Translations under genes and position numbers: made by a program
Notes under the pieces: generated by a model
What the model saw: the letters and a program-made list of their open reading frames with translations, nothing else
Told to the model about the DNA's origin: nothing
The model's database searches: none
Source: a virus
Lineage: Duplodnaviria > Caudoviricetes
Reading direction: 5' to 3' (one strand)
Length of the DNA stretch: 64,000 nt
Virus record (IMG/VR): IMGVR_UViG_2927464213_000002
Coordinates: 32,001 to 96,000 of that record
In this document: positions 46,002 to 54,953 of the stretch, in pieces
Numbering within the stretch: position 1 is the stretch's first letter
Layout of the letters: each line of letters opens with the position of its first letter

Positions 46002-46071
46002 TTTGCATTTTCTTTGGATCGACCCTTGACAGAACCCCCATATCATGCGTATAGATTTGCTTGAATGCAAA
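46002..46071 (+). promoter_or_regulatory. Sigma70-like promoter with operator
   Basis: GATCGACCCTTGAC identical to 29491-29504; TTGACA..TATAGA; TTTGCTTGAATGCAAA at 46056. Confidence 0.65.
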
Positions 46072-46081
46072 TGGAGTGACC

Positions 46082-46366
46082 GTGCAGCTCTTCCTCAGCA
46101 AAAACCTCGTCCAAGCCTTCCGCCTGCCACTTTGGGGTCAGGTCGCTGACGAGACGCCGCCGCATTGGCTGGTGACCCGCATCCAAGCGGGCGAGCTGGA
46201 GATGAACAGCCTGGGCGGTCTGACGATGAGCACGCCCTTCGGCGTGCAGTCCTGCAGCGCAGGCGACATCGTCGTCTTCTACGCCGACAATTCGATCGGG
46301 TTCGAGAAGCCCGAGGCCTTCGAGCGGGACTTCGCTCCCGTGGAGGAAATTTCTCTGGCTGCCTGA
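46082..46366 (+). CDS. Phage hypothetical protein
   Basis: VQAFR..PHWL..AGDIVV..KPEAFERDF pattern; GGAG RBS. Confidence 0.7.
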   Translation: MQLFLSKNLVQAFRLPLWGQVADETPPHWLVTRIQAGELEMNSLGGLTMSTPFGVQSCSAGDIVVFYADNSIGFEKPEAFERDFAPVEEISLAA

Positions 46367-46450
46367 GCGCTCGGTTAGGCTCTGCCTGCGAGATAGCGAA
46401 AGGCACACCGTATGGGTGCCCGCTCACACCAGCTCTCACTCCGACTTCTA

Positions 46451-46484
46451 GCCCGCCAGGATCAATCGCCTGGCGGGTCTTTTT
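46451..46484 (+). terminator. Intrinsic terminator
   Basis: GCCCGCCAGG-N8-CCTGGCGGGT-CTTTTT. Confidence 0.8.
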
Positions 46485-46619
46485 ACGTCGTGGGTTCGCG
46501 CGCTCCTGGGTTCCTCCAGTAGAGCGCGATTTCAGCGGTCTCAGCTCGCATCCTGCACAAGACGGGCAGAGATACCAAAAGAGCGCGCCGCACGCCCGCG
46601 CCGCCGCTGAACAAATTCT

Positions 46620-46695
46620 TGGCATGTAGCTCAGCCGGTAGAGCGCCTCGCTGTTAACGAGGGTGTCGCAGGTTCGAGACCTGCCGTGCCAGCCA
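46620..46695 (+). tRNA. tRNA-Asn(GTT)
   Basis: Canonical 76-nt cloverleaf, loop CTGTTAA, G73, CCA. Confidence 0.93.
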
Positions 46696-46863
46696 ACACC
46701 AATTCGCCAGTACCGATCAACCGAGCTTCCGGGACGGACCTCGACCGATCGCTGCTGGCAACTCCGATTCCCCCGCTCCTGGGGGATATCACCGGACCTC
46801 ACGGCGGGACGCCTGGGGTCTTTTATCACGAGGGGCGGGATGCCCCGCATTTCCGGGATGGAT

Positions 46864-47751
46864 ATGCTCAAAGCAGTCGTTACTGATCTCAATGAACTCG
46901 ACGAGGGCCTCCGCGGCTACTACGTGCAGAAGGACGGGAAGTTCTTCCTGAACGTCACGCCGATCGATGGTTTCCAACTCGACAACACCCAGGGCCTGAA
47001 GACGGCGCTCGGTGCGGAACGCAACAACGTTTCCGTGCTCCAGGCGCAGCTGAAGCCCTACGAAGGCCTCGACGCCGCCGCGGCTCGCACCGCGATCGAG
47101 CGTGTCACCGCCTTCGGAGACATCACGCCGGAAGCCGCCAAGACGGCGGTCGAAACGGCGGCACGACTGTCTGCACTCGATCCCACGAAAGAGGCTGAGC
47201 AGATCGCCAACACCAAGGTTGAGACCCTCAAGGGTCAGCTCCAGGCACAGTGGACTGTGCGTGAGACCGAGCTGACCACCGAGGTCAAGGGCCTGAAGTC
47301 GGCGAACGAAAGCCTGACGGGGCAACTGAAGAACTTGATGGGCGACAGCCAGATCAAGTCTGAGGTCGCAAAAGCCAACCCACTGGACGACGCGCGGGAT
47401 GCCGTCGAACTCCTGGTGAGCAAGTTCGTCCGCACGTCCATGAAGGACGGGGAAGTCGTCGTCGATGTCATCGACGAGAAGGGCAACCCCCGCATCAAGG
47501 ATCACACGGGCGCCGCGTTCACCGTCGCTGATCTCGTCGGCGAGATCCGCGAAAGCCGTGCTGCTCTCTTCAAGCCCGACGAGAAGCGCGGTCTGGGGAC
47601 CAACCCCAGCAACCACAGCGCACCGCCGGCCGGTGGGGTCACGAACCCCTGGGCCAAGGAAACGCGCAACATCACCCAGCAGATGGTGCTGGAAAATACC
47701 AAACCCGAACTGGCCAAGCAGCTCAAGGCTGCAGCCGGCGTCACGGACTAA
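46864..47751 (+). CDS. Capsid scaffolding protein
   Basis: Coiled-coil; GLKTALGAER; C-terminal NPWAKETRNITQQ; precedes capsid. Confidence 0.8.
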   Translation: MLKAVVTDLNELDEGLRGYYVQKDGKFFLNVTPIDGFQLDNTQGLKTALGAERNNVSVLQAQLKPYEGLDAAAARTAIERVTAFGDITPEAAKTAVETAARLSALDPTKEAEQIANTKVETLKGQLQAQWTVRETELTTEVKGLKSANESLTGQLKNLMGDSQIKSEVAKANPLDDARDAVELLVSKFVRTSMKDGEVVVDVIDEKGNPRIKDHTGAAFTVADLVGEIRESRAALFKPDEKRGLGTNPSNHSAPPAGGVTNPWAKETRNITQQMVLENTKPELAKQLKAAAGVTD

Positions 47752-47802
47752 ACCCCAACACGCTCATTCATTCGCAACCGCCGGGACGTTCGCGCCCCGG
47801 CG

Positions 47803-47818
47803 TTTGCATGAATGCAAA
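47803..47818. promoter_or_regulatory. Perfect palindromic operator upstream of capsid gene
   Basis: TTTGCAT-GA-ATGCAAA. Confidence 0.65.
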
Positions 47819-47866
47819 AAGCTGCACCCAAAGAGGGCAAAGGCCAGTCAAACTCAAGAGTGAGAA

Positions 47867-48847
47867 ATGACTGAGACTCGTCTCGCGGACATGATCGTCC
47901 CGACCAAGTTCAACAAGTACGTCCAGGTGCTCTCGACGCAGAAGTCGGAGCTGTTCCAGTCGGGGATCATCACCGACCTCTCTAGCGTCATCGACGCCGA
48001 GATCGAAGGCAAGACGGTCAACATGCCGTTCTTCAACGACCTCGACGCCTCCGACGCCGAGCAGATCCTCGACGACACGACCGACCTGACCGTCAGCAAG
48101 ATGACGACCGGCCAGGACGTGGCCGTGAAGCTTCTGCGCGGCAAGGCGTTCGGTTCGAGCGACCTCGCGGCCGACCTGTCCGGCGCGGACCCGATCGACG
48201 CGATCGCCAACCGTTTCGCCGACTGGTGGAACAAGCGCATGCAGACCGCTCTGCTCGCGACCCTGGCCGGCGCCATGGGCTCGACCGACATGGCGGCCAA
48301 CGTCAACGACATCTCCACCCTGACCGGTGGTGCCGAGAACTTCGACGCCGACTCGTTCATCGACGCAGCCTTCTTGCTCGGCGACGAGCAGGGCGGTCTG
48401 AACGCCGTGGCCGTCCACTCGCTGACCCTGAAGGCGATGGTGAAGGCCGACCTGATCGACTTCGTGCCCGACTCCCAGGGCAAGCTGACGATCCCGACCT
48501 ACCTCGGCAAGACCGTCATCGTCGACGACAGCATGCCGGTGACCGGCTCCGGTGCAAACCGCGTGTTCACCACCTACATCTTCGGCCCCGGCGCGGTCGG
48601 CTTCGGCGAGAAGTCGCCCAAGGTGCCGGTGGAAGTCGAGCGCCAGGCTCTGAAGGGCATGGGCCAGGAGTACATCGTGAACCGTCGCCAGTGGGTCATG
48701 CATCCGCGTGGCGTCAAGTGGCTCGGCACGAACCAGGCCGGCGTGACCCCGTCGAACACCGAGCTGGCCGACGTCGCCAACTGGAAGCGCGTCTACGAAG
48801 CGAAGATCATCCGCATCGTGGCGTTCAAGCACAAGCTGGCCGCCTAA
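47867..48847 (+). CDS. Major capsid protein
   Basis: TRLADMIVP..FQSGII..NMPFFNDL..MHPRGVKW..LADVANWKRVY. Confidence 0.92.
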   Translation: MTETRLADMIVPTKFNKYVQVLSTQKSELFQSGIITDLSSVIDAEIEGKTVNMPFFNDLDASDAEQILDDTTDLTVSKMTTGQDVAVKLLRGKAFGSSDLAADLSGADPIDAIANRFADWWNKRMQTALLATLAGAMGSTDMAANVNDISTLTGGAENFDADSFIDAAFLLGDEQGGLNAVAVHSLTLKAMVKADLIDFVPDSQGKLTIPTYLGKTVIVDDSMPVTGSGANRVFTTYIFGPGAVGFGEKSPKVPVEVERQALKGMGQEYIVNRRQWVMHPRGVKWLGTNQAGVTPSNTELADVANWKRVYEAKIIRIVAFKHKLAA

Positions 48848-48881
48848 TCGTCAGCCCCCTGACGGTTAACAGCTGAAACAC

Positions 48882-48921
48882 AAGACCCTCCTTAGCTCTC
48901 GAAGCTGGGGAGGGTTCTTTG
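48882..48921 (+). terminator. Intrinsic terminator
   Basis: GACCCTCCTTAGCT-loop-AGCTGGGAGGGTT-CTTT. Confidence 0.7.
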
Positions 48922-48939
48922 TGACTCTGGAGAACAAGA

Positions 48940-49290
48940 ATGCTTGGAGCAAAAGGCTTCCGCACTCGTGAAGCGACCGCGAACTATAAGCGTCGCGTCC
49001 GCAAGCTCGTGCCGGATGACGTCCGGGCCGCTCGCTTCGCCAACCTGCACGGCAACGACGAGCCCGAGCTGGAAACGGTCGAGCCCGAAGCCGAGGTCGA
49101 GGTGACTGCGGAGACGCAGCCCGAGCAGACCGAAGCGCCGGCTGACGAAGCCAGTGAGGCCGCTGACGAAGCTGGCGATGAATCCGGCGACGAAGGCGAG
49201 GGCGACAGCGAAGCTGCCCCGGAAACGGATGGCAAGCCCGCAACGCCGAAGAAGAAGAGCGGCAAGACCGCGAAGAAGAAGTCCGAGTAA
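48940..49290 (+). CDS. Acidic/basic low-complexity virion-associated protein
   Basis: Between capsid and adaptor genes. Confidence 0.65.
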   Translation: MLGAKGFRTREATANYKRRVRKLVPDDVRAARFANLHGNDEPELETVEPEAEVEVTAETQPEQTEAPADEASEAADEAGDESGDEGEGDSEAAPETDGKPATPKKKSGKTAKKKSE

Positions 49291-49305
49291 TCGGCAGGAG
49301 TGGTC

Positions 49306-49725
49306 ATGGGATACGCGACGAAGGAAGACATCGACGAGCTTTACGGCACCGACCTCCTCGTCAAGATCGCTGACTACGACCGTGACGGTACGCCAGACCC
49401 CCTCGTTGTTGACAAGGGGCTCTTGGCGGCCGACGAGATTTGCGACGCCTACCTGTCAGCCCAGTACACGATCCCAGTTGATCCCACGCCCGGCGTGGTG
49501 AAGAACTGCGCGATCGACATCGCGGTCTACAAGATCGCGCTCGGGCGCGGCGGCCGAACCGACGAAATGCGCGTCCGGTACGAGGATGCGCTGGCGCTGC
49601 TTGAGAAGATTTCGACCGGCAAGGTTGGCCTCGGGCTGCCGCCGGAGACCGATCCGGACACCGGAGAGACGACGAATCCGAACGTCAAGCGTTCCGGAGG
49701 GTCGTTCGACTGCGGTAGGGCGTAA
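49306..49725 (+). CDS. Head-tail adaptor, Mu gp36/DUF1320-like
   Basis: YATKEDI..DAYLSAQY..DIAVY..RYEDALALLEKISTGKVGLG. Confidence 0.88.
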   Translation: MGYATKEDIDELYGTDLLVKIADYDRDGTPDPLVVDKGLLAADEICDAYLSAQYTIPVDPTPGVVKNCAIDIAVYKIALGRGGRTDEMRVRYEDALALLEKISTGKVGLGLPPETDPDTGETTNPNVKRSGGSFDCGRA

Positions 49726-50195
49726 TGCCCTCTGTCAGCGTCAGGATGAATGCTGAGTCTCTGGCTCAGCTGAACAAGCGGATCACCCAGCTCCTGCAAG
49801 ACGCGGAGCACATGGAGCCGGTCTGGCAGCAAGCCGCCGAGTACATGGTCCGTTCGACGCAGAACCGCATCAACAAGACCCAGACCAGTCCGACCGGAGA
49901 GCGTTGGGCGGGCCTCGCGGCGCTGACCATCAAGCTGAAGGGCACCGACTGGCCGCTGTATGCGACCGGCAAGCTCGTCGGTGGCATCCACACGGGCGAC
50001 GTCGACAACCACGGCTTCCAGGTCATCTCCGACGCCCCGTACAGCTCGTACGTCCAGGACGGCGTGAAAAACAGCCGCGGAAAGTACAAGAAGAAATCGA
50101 CGCCGCATTCGCCAGCTCGCCCGTTCATGGGCTTCTCCGCTGAGAACGCGCGGCGCATCAGCAAGATGATCCGCGATCACCTGAAAGCAAGATAA
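49725..50195 (+). CDS. Virion morphogenesis/tail completion protein (Mu gpG/P2 gpS-like)
   Basis: QTSPTGERW..LYATGKL..PARPFMGFS. Confidence 0.85.
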   Translation: MPSVSVRMNAESLAQLNKRITQLLQDAEHMEPVWQQAAEYMVRSTQNRINKTQTSPTGERWAGLAALTIKLKGTDWPLYATGKLVGGIHTGDVDNHGFQVISDAPYSSYVQDGVKNSRGKYKKKSTPHSPARPFMGFSAENARRISKMIRDHLKAR

Positions 50196-50776
50196 TGAGC
50201 GCGATCGTCAACTTCCGAACCAACGTCATTGAGGCCATCAATGCCATCGCACCCGAGATGAACGTCGACTGGTACGATGGTCTCTTTGACGAGAAGGACA
50301 TTGCAGACTGGACGCTGAAGACGCCTTGCGCTCGCGTCGCGGTCATGAACGTCCCGACCGAGCATCACTCGACCGGCGAGCTGAACGCTTGCCTCCGCGT
50401 GGTTGTCGTCATCATCGACGAGAACCGCTACGTCCAGATGGACGGCGACGCGAACGCGTGGGACCTGGTCGAGAAGGTCGCCATCATGGCGAACCTGAAC
50501 ACCTTCGGCGACCCCAACGCAGCGCCCGCCACGAAGGTCATCTTCAAACGCATCAGCCAGCCAGAGCTGCGACGAGAAGGCATCGCTGTCGGCATCGTTG
50601 AATGGACGAGTGACTTGATGATCGGCCGGAACCGGTCGGTCGAGCGCTCGTACTTCTTCCTCAACGGTGAACGGATCAACAAGGTGCCCCGCAGCCGCGT
50701 CACGGCGCTCGGCCAGATCAATCTGGCAAGCGGCGCCCACGCCGAAGAGACGCTGGACATCACCCCAGAGGACTAA
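50195..50776 (+). CDS. Tail terminator-like protein (Mu gp37-like)
   Basis: Position; YDGLFD..TPCARVA. Confidence 0.6.
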   Translation: MSAIVNFRTNVIEAINAIAPEMNVDWYDGLFDEKDIADWTLKTPCARVAVMNVPTEHHSTGELNACLRVVVVIIDENRYVQMDGDANAWDLVEKVAIMANLNTFGDPNAAPATKVIFKRISQPELRREGIAVGIVEWTSDLMIGRNRSVERSYFFLNGERINKVPRSRVTALGQINLASGAHAEETLDITPED

Positions 50777-50781
50777 CCGCC

Positions 50782-52182
50782 ATGCGCGCTCTGCTCGCTA
50801 TGGAGCGGCGAATGCAGGATCTTGAACGCAAGATCCAAGGCAAAGAGCGGCTCGGCAAGATCGTCGACGTCAAGTTCGAGAAGCAGCGCTGGTACGTCAA
50901 GCTCAACGATGGGCAGGACGACACGCCGAGCGGCTCGGGCGGCAAGCGCGGCGACACAGTGAAGAGCGATTGGCAGCCGTGGAAGAGCTTCTCCCACGGA
51001 ACCATCAAGTCGTCGGTCCCTCCCAAGAAAGGCCAGTACGCGCTGCTCCGCGGCGTCAACGGCATGATGGAGCTGGCAACCGCCGAGCCCTACCACTACG
51101 GCCCCGAGACCCCGTCGCCCCACGACAAGCCGGACGAAGTTGTCCACTTGGTCGAGGACGAAGAGGATCAGAAGAACGGCGGTCAGCAGGGCGGCTCATC
51201 CGGCGGTGCCGGCGGCGCATCTGATGGCGGCCAACAGGGCAACGACAAGTACAGCACCTGGCAGCGGGTCACGAAGAACACGCACCACCTGATCATCCAG
51301 AAGAAGGGCGCCAACATGGACGCCATGGGTGATCTCGGCGGTCTCGCTGGAATGGCCGGCCTCAACGGCCTGGACATGTCCAACTTCACCAGCGCGATCG
51401 GCAACCTCGGCAACATGGGTGGTCTCGCCAACCTGAACCTCGCCAACGTCGCGGACTTTGGCCAAATCAGCAGCCTGATCAACATCAGCAACATGTCGGG
51501 CTTCGCCAACCTCGGACAGCTCGCGCAGCTGCAGGGCCTGACGAACCTGACCTCGGTCGGCAACATCGTTCAGACCGTCCAGAGCGTCCTTGCCGGCGGC
51601 AGCTTCCAGGCTCCCGGTGGCGCAGCTGGTGCTGACGGGCAGGGTGCCGGTCAGAAGCAGCAGGCCTCCCGCAAGATCCCGCAGGTCGAAGAGGAAGGCC
51701 ACTCAGACACCACTCAGGTGCTGGCGGACCAGGAGAAGATCGTCAAGACGGTCGGCGACAAGAAGTCGTTCTACCGCCAGGACGAGGAGAAGGTCCACCT
51801 CCGCTACGGCGAGGATGGCGAAAAGGCCGATGTCGTCATGGACAAGGATCAGGTCAAGATCCAGTTCAAGGACAAGACCGCCATCATCAAGTGGACCGAG
51901 AACGACCTGAACCTTTCGTTCGGTGAGGACAAGGCGAACATCAAGCTCGATGACTCCTCGATCGTCGTCAGCCAGGGCAAGGACAAGACCAAGGTCACGA
52001 TCCAGGAAAGCTACGTCGAAGTGAAGGGCGCCTCCGAGTGCTCCTGCGGCGTGGATGGACGCTGGGTCTACATCAACGGCGGCCGAGTGAACCTCGGCGT
52101 CGCTGGCCCGAAGGAGATGGCCGACAAACGAGTGATGACCGAGTCCGGTCCCTCGCAGGTCGTCTGGGCCAAGATCGCGTAA
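50782..52182 (+). CDS. Baseplate spike/gpV-like protein with low-complexity insert
   Basis: GKIVDV..SDWQPW..PPKKGQ OB-fold pattern; C-terminal beta repeats. Confidence 0.7.
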   Translation: MRALLAMERRMQDLERKIQGKERLGKIVDVKFEKQRWYVKLNDGQDDTPSGSGGKRGDTVKSDWQPWKSFSHGTIKSSVPPKKGQYALLRGVNGMMELATAEPYHYGPETPSPHDKPDEVVHLVEDEEDQKNGGQQGGSSGGAGGASDGGQQGNDKYSTWQRVTKNTHHLIIQKKGANMDAMGDLGGLAGMAGLNGLDMSNFTSAIGNLGNMGGLANLNLANVADFGQISSLINISNMSGFANLGQLAQLQGLTNLTSVGNIVQTVQSVLAGGSFQAPGGAAGADGQGAGQKQQASRKIPQVEEEGHSDTTQVLADQEKIVKTVGDKKSFYRQDEEKVHLRYGEDGEKADVVMDKDQVKIQFKDKTAIIKWTENDLNLSFGEDKANIKLDDSSIVVSQGKDKTKVTIQESYVEVKGASECSCGVDGRWVYINGGRVNLGVAGPKEMADKRVMTESGPSQVVWAKIA

Positions 52183-52197
52183 CAAGGAACAAGAACA

Positions 52198-52425
52198 ATG
52201 CCGCAATACACCGTCGACAAGGAAATCTGGCTGGGCGGGCTGAAGCAGCCCGTTGGCAAGGTCGTGACCCTCACCGAGGGGCAGGCCAAGTATCTCGGCC
52301 ACGCTCTGACCAAGGTCGAGGACAAGCCGGCTCCGGCCGCTCCCGCCAAGAAGGCAAAGACTGGCGCAGCTTCGGCTGCCGGCGCAGTCGTGACGGAGAC
52401 CTCTGCGGATGGCGCTGGCAACTGA
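52198..52425 (+). CDS. Small virion-associated protein
   Basis: VGKVVTLTEGQAKYL. Confidence 0.6.
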   Translation: MPQYTVDKEIWLGGLKQPVGKVVTLTEGQAKYLGHALTKVEDKPAPAAPAKKAKTGAASAAGAVVTETSADGAGN

Positions 52426-52765
52426 GCACCTGATCGATATCGACCGGAAGACGGGCGAATACGTTCAGGGCTGGCCGCGCATTAAGCAGTCCATCGAGAC
52501 CATCCTCACCACGCGCATCGGCGTTCGGCTGATGCGGCTGTGGTGGGGTTCGAACTTCATCAACATGCAGGACAAGCCGGGTAACGAGGAAACCCTCATG
52601 ACCGGCATGATGGCAGCGATCTCCGCCATCAACACCTACGAACCGGAGTTCAAGGTGTCCCGCGTGTCAGTCGATGCATTCGACTCATCCGGCGAAATCA
52701 CCATCACAATTGAGGGCGTCGACCTGATCGACGCGCAGCTCAAGCGAACAAAAACAACAATCTAA
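52409..52765 (+). CDS. Baseplate wedge gpW/gp25-like
   Basis: IKQSIETILTTRIGVRLMR..YEPEFKV. Confidence 0.88.
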   Translation: MALATEHLIDIDRKTGEYVQGWPRIKQSIETILTTRIGVRLMRLWWGSNFINMQDKPGNEETLMTGMMAAISAINTYEPEFKVSRVSVDAFDSSGEITITIEGVDLIDAQLKRTKTTI

Positions 52766-52777
52766 GGCGAGGGCCTG

Positions 52778-53656
52778 ATGCCGAACTACGAGTCTCCCGC
52801 GCTTTACATCGACTTCGCGCGGCTGCCGCCGCCCGACGTAATCGAGACCATCGACTTCGAAGTGCTGCTCAAGCGGTACCAGGACGACGTCCTCTCCAAG
52901 AACGACAAGCTGGCGGCTGCTCTGAAGCTTGAGCAGTCGCCCACCAACATCGTCCTGGAGGCAGAAGCCTACGGCGAGATGTTGGTGCGAGCCCGCATCA
53001 ACGCGGCGGCCCGTGCCGTCATGCTGGCCTTCTCCAAGGGCGGCGATCTCGACAACCTGGCCGCCTTCTTCGGCGTCGAGCGCGCTGCCGGCGAAACGGA
53101 CGAAAGCGTGCGCCGCCGAGCCCAGCTCGCGCCCGAGGCCTTCACGACCGCGGGCTCCGAAGGCGCCTACATCTTCCAGGCGCTCACTGCCGACCCGGCC
53201 AACGTCCGCGACGCCACTGCGGTCAAGATGGACGACAAGGGCAGGGTCAAGATCACGGTCATGGCACGCGGATCCAATCCGGTGCCGACCAAGGCAACCA
53301 TCCTCCTGGTCCGTGACCGCATCAATTCGAAGGGCATTCGGCCGCTCACCGACGTCGTCAACGTCGTGCCGGTCAAGCCGATCACCGCTCAGATCGTCGC
53401 GAACATCTGGCTCTATCCGGGCCCCGATGCATCGCTGGTGATGGCCGACATCGCCAAGGCGCTGCAGAAGGTCCGGGACAACGTATCGCTGATCGGCCGA
53501 GACCTGACCAGGTCCGCGATCATTTCGGCCCTCAACCAGGAGGGCGTCCAGTCGGTTGATCTGATCTCGCCGGCAGAGAATGTCGTCGCCGGCACCGACC
53601 AGAGCGTCATCATCGAAAGCGCCGCGATCACGCCGCAGCAGCTCAGGGTGGAGTAA
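52778..53656 (+). CDS. Baseplate J-like protein
   Basis: LPPPDVIETIDFE..RINAAARAVMLA..DLDNLAA..TAGSEGAY. Confidence 0.92.
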   Translation: MPNYESPALYIDFARLPPPDVIETIDFEVLLKRYQDDVLSKNDKLAAALKLEQSPTNIVLEAEAYGEMLVRARINAAARAVMLAFSKGGDLDNLAAFFGVERAAGETDESVRRRAQLAPEAFTTAGSEGAYIFQALTADPANVRDATAVKMDDKGRVKITVMARGSNPVPTKATILLVRDRINSKGIRPLTDVVNVVPVKPITAQIVANIWLYPGPDASLVMADIAKALQKVRDNVSLIGRDLTRSAIISALNQEGVQSVDLISPAENVVAGTDQSVIIESAAITPQQLRVE

Positions 53657-53657
53657 C

Positions 53658-54875
53658 ATGGCGAAGTATCCGACGCGCCTGATGGACCACATCCTGGCGC
53701 CGAACGCGACCGAATACGAGCGGACGCTGGCATCCCAGGTCGATCGCCTCCTTGAGCTGGACATTCCGATCCGGCTGCTCTGGAACCCGTGGGAATGCCC
53801 GGAGAACCTGCTGCCTTACCTGGCGTGGGCTCTTTCGGTCGACCTGTGGGACTCGAGCTGGCCGATCACCAAGCGACGCAGTGTCGTCGCCAACGCCATC
53901 AGGCATCATCGCCTGAAGGGCACGCTGCAGGGTATCGACACCTATCTCGATCTCGTGGACAGCAAGCTCTTGAAGGCGCAGACGCCCCCGAGCACGTTGT
54001 TCACCGGTCCATCGCTGACCAAGGAGCAGCGCGAGGCCTGGCTGCAGAAGCTGCCGCAGGTGCGAACCTGGCAGGAGTGGGAGAACGCCACCGCCGACTA
54101 CCGCATGTTCATGGGCGGCGGCCGGGCGCATCGCTTCCTGAATGGAAAGTTTCCGTACCCGAACGGAGCTGCTGAGCGAACCGCTCGACGCGCCCGATGG
54201 GTCGTCAACGGCGTCGAGACCGACACCAGGGTCGAGAACTACGGGAGCTACTTCCGGCTCTTCATCAAGGCCAAGCTGCCGTACTCGATCTTCTGCAACA
54301 CGCCCACCAATCAGAAGGGCAAATTTCCGATCCCGTCGACCGCCTACAAACGGATCGTCTCGATCGAGCCGATCATGAAGGCGCCCTGGCGCAGCTCGAT
54401 CAGTCCGCAGCTGGAGCCGGTGCAGGCGCAGCCGGACCTGGTGGTTCAGGCCGGACACGAAAACGGAAACGCCGTCTTCTCGAACCGGGTGAACTTCCAC
54501 AAGTTCTTCGTCCCTTCTCGGGCTGGATATCGCCTCTACATGCGCTACCCGGTCTACGACGCCTCGGTCGAATATCCGGCGAAGCGACCTTCGATCCAGT
54601 TCATGGGAGTGGGGCGTTATGGCGTCAAGCCGAAGACTGCCGAGCTGAAGGTTTCCATGCCGTCGAAGTGGAGCAGGTTCAAGGCCCGCATCAACGAGCC
54701 CTTCGTGCCGCGCTCGCGCTTCTGGACTCCGCATGACGGCACGCAGATGCTGAAGAACCGGAAAGCGGTCGGCGCAGCCAAGCGCCTGTCTGACCAGATC
54801 CTGCTCGATACCAACACCAAGCCGGGCTTCATCGCCGGCCTGCCGCGTTGGGCTGGCGACAGCATCGTCATCTGA
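53658..54875 (+). CDS. Tail protein I (P2 gpI-like) with C-terminal extension
   Basis: LWNPWECPENLLPYLAWALSVDLWD..HRLKGT. Confidence 0.88.
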   Translation: MAKYPTRLMDHILAPNATEYERTLASQVDRLLELDIPIRLLWNPWECPENLLPYLAWALSVDLWDSSWPITKRRSVVANAIRHHRLKGTLQGIDTYLDLVDSKLLKAQTPPSTLFTGPSLTKEQREAWLQKLPQVRTWQEWENATADYRMFMGGGRAHRFLNGKFPYPNGAAERTARRARWVVNGVETDTRVENYGSYFRLFIKAKLPYSIFCNTPTNQKGKFPIPSTAYKRIVSIEPIMKAPWRSSISPQLEPVQAQPDLVVQAGHENGNAVFSNRVNFHKFFVPSRAGYRLYMRYPVYDASVEYPAKRPSIQFMGVGRYGVKPKTAELKVSMPSKWSRFKARINEPFVPRSRFWTPHDGTQMLKNRKAVGAAKRLSDQILLDTNTKPGFIAGLPRWAGDSIVI

Positions 54876-54897
54876 TCCAACTCAACCATTGCACATG

Positions 54898-54930
54898 AGC
54901 CCATTGTCCCGCGGGGACAGTGGGCTTTTT
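54898..54930 (+). terminator. Intrinsic terminator
   Basis: AGCCCATTGTCCC-GCG-GGGACAGTGGGCT-TTTT. Confidence 0.8.
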
Positions 54931-54953
54931 CGTGCGTCAACAAGAGGCCCTCA

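Noticed and set aside
46696-46760. Theta (HDV-like) ribozyme after tRNA-Asn
   Set aside because: The tRNA already encodes CCA and the trailer forms a simple stem, not a nested double pseudoknot starting at the 3' end
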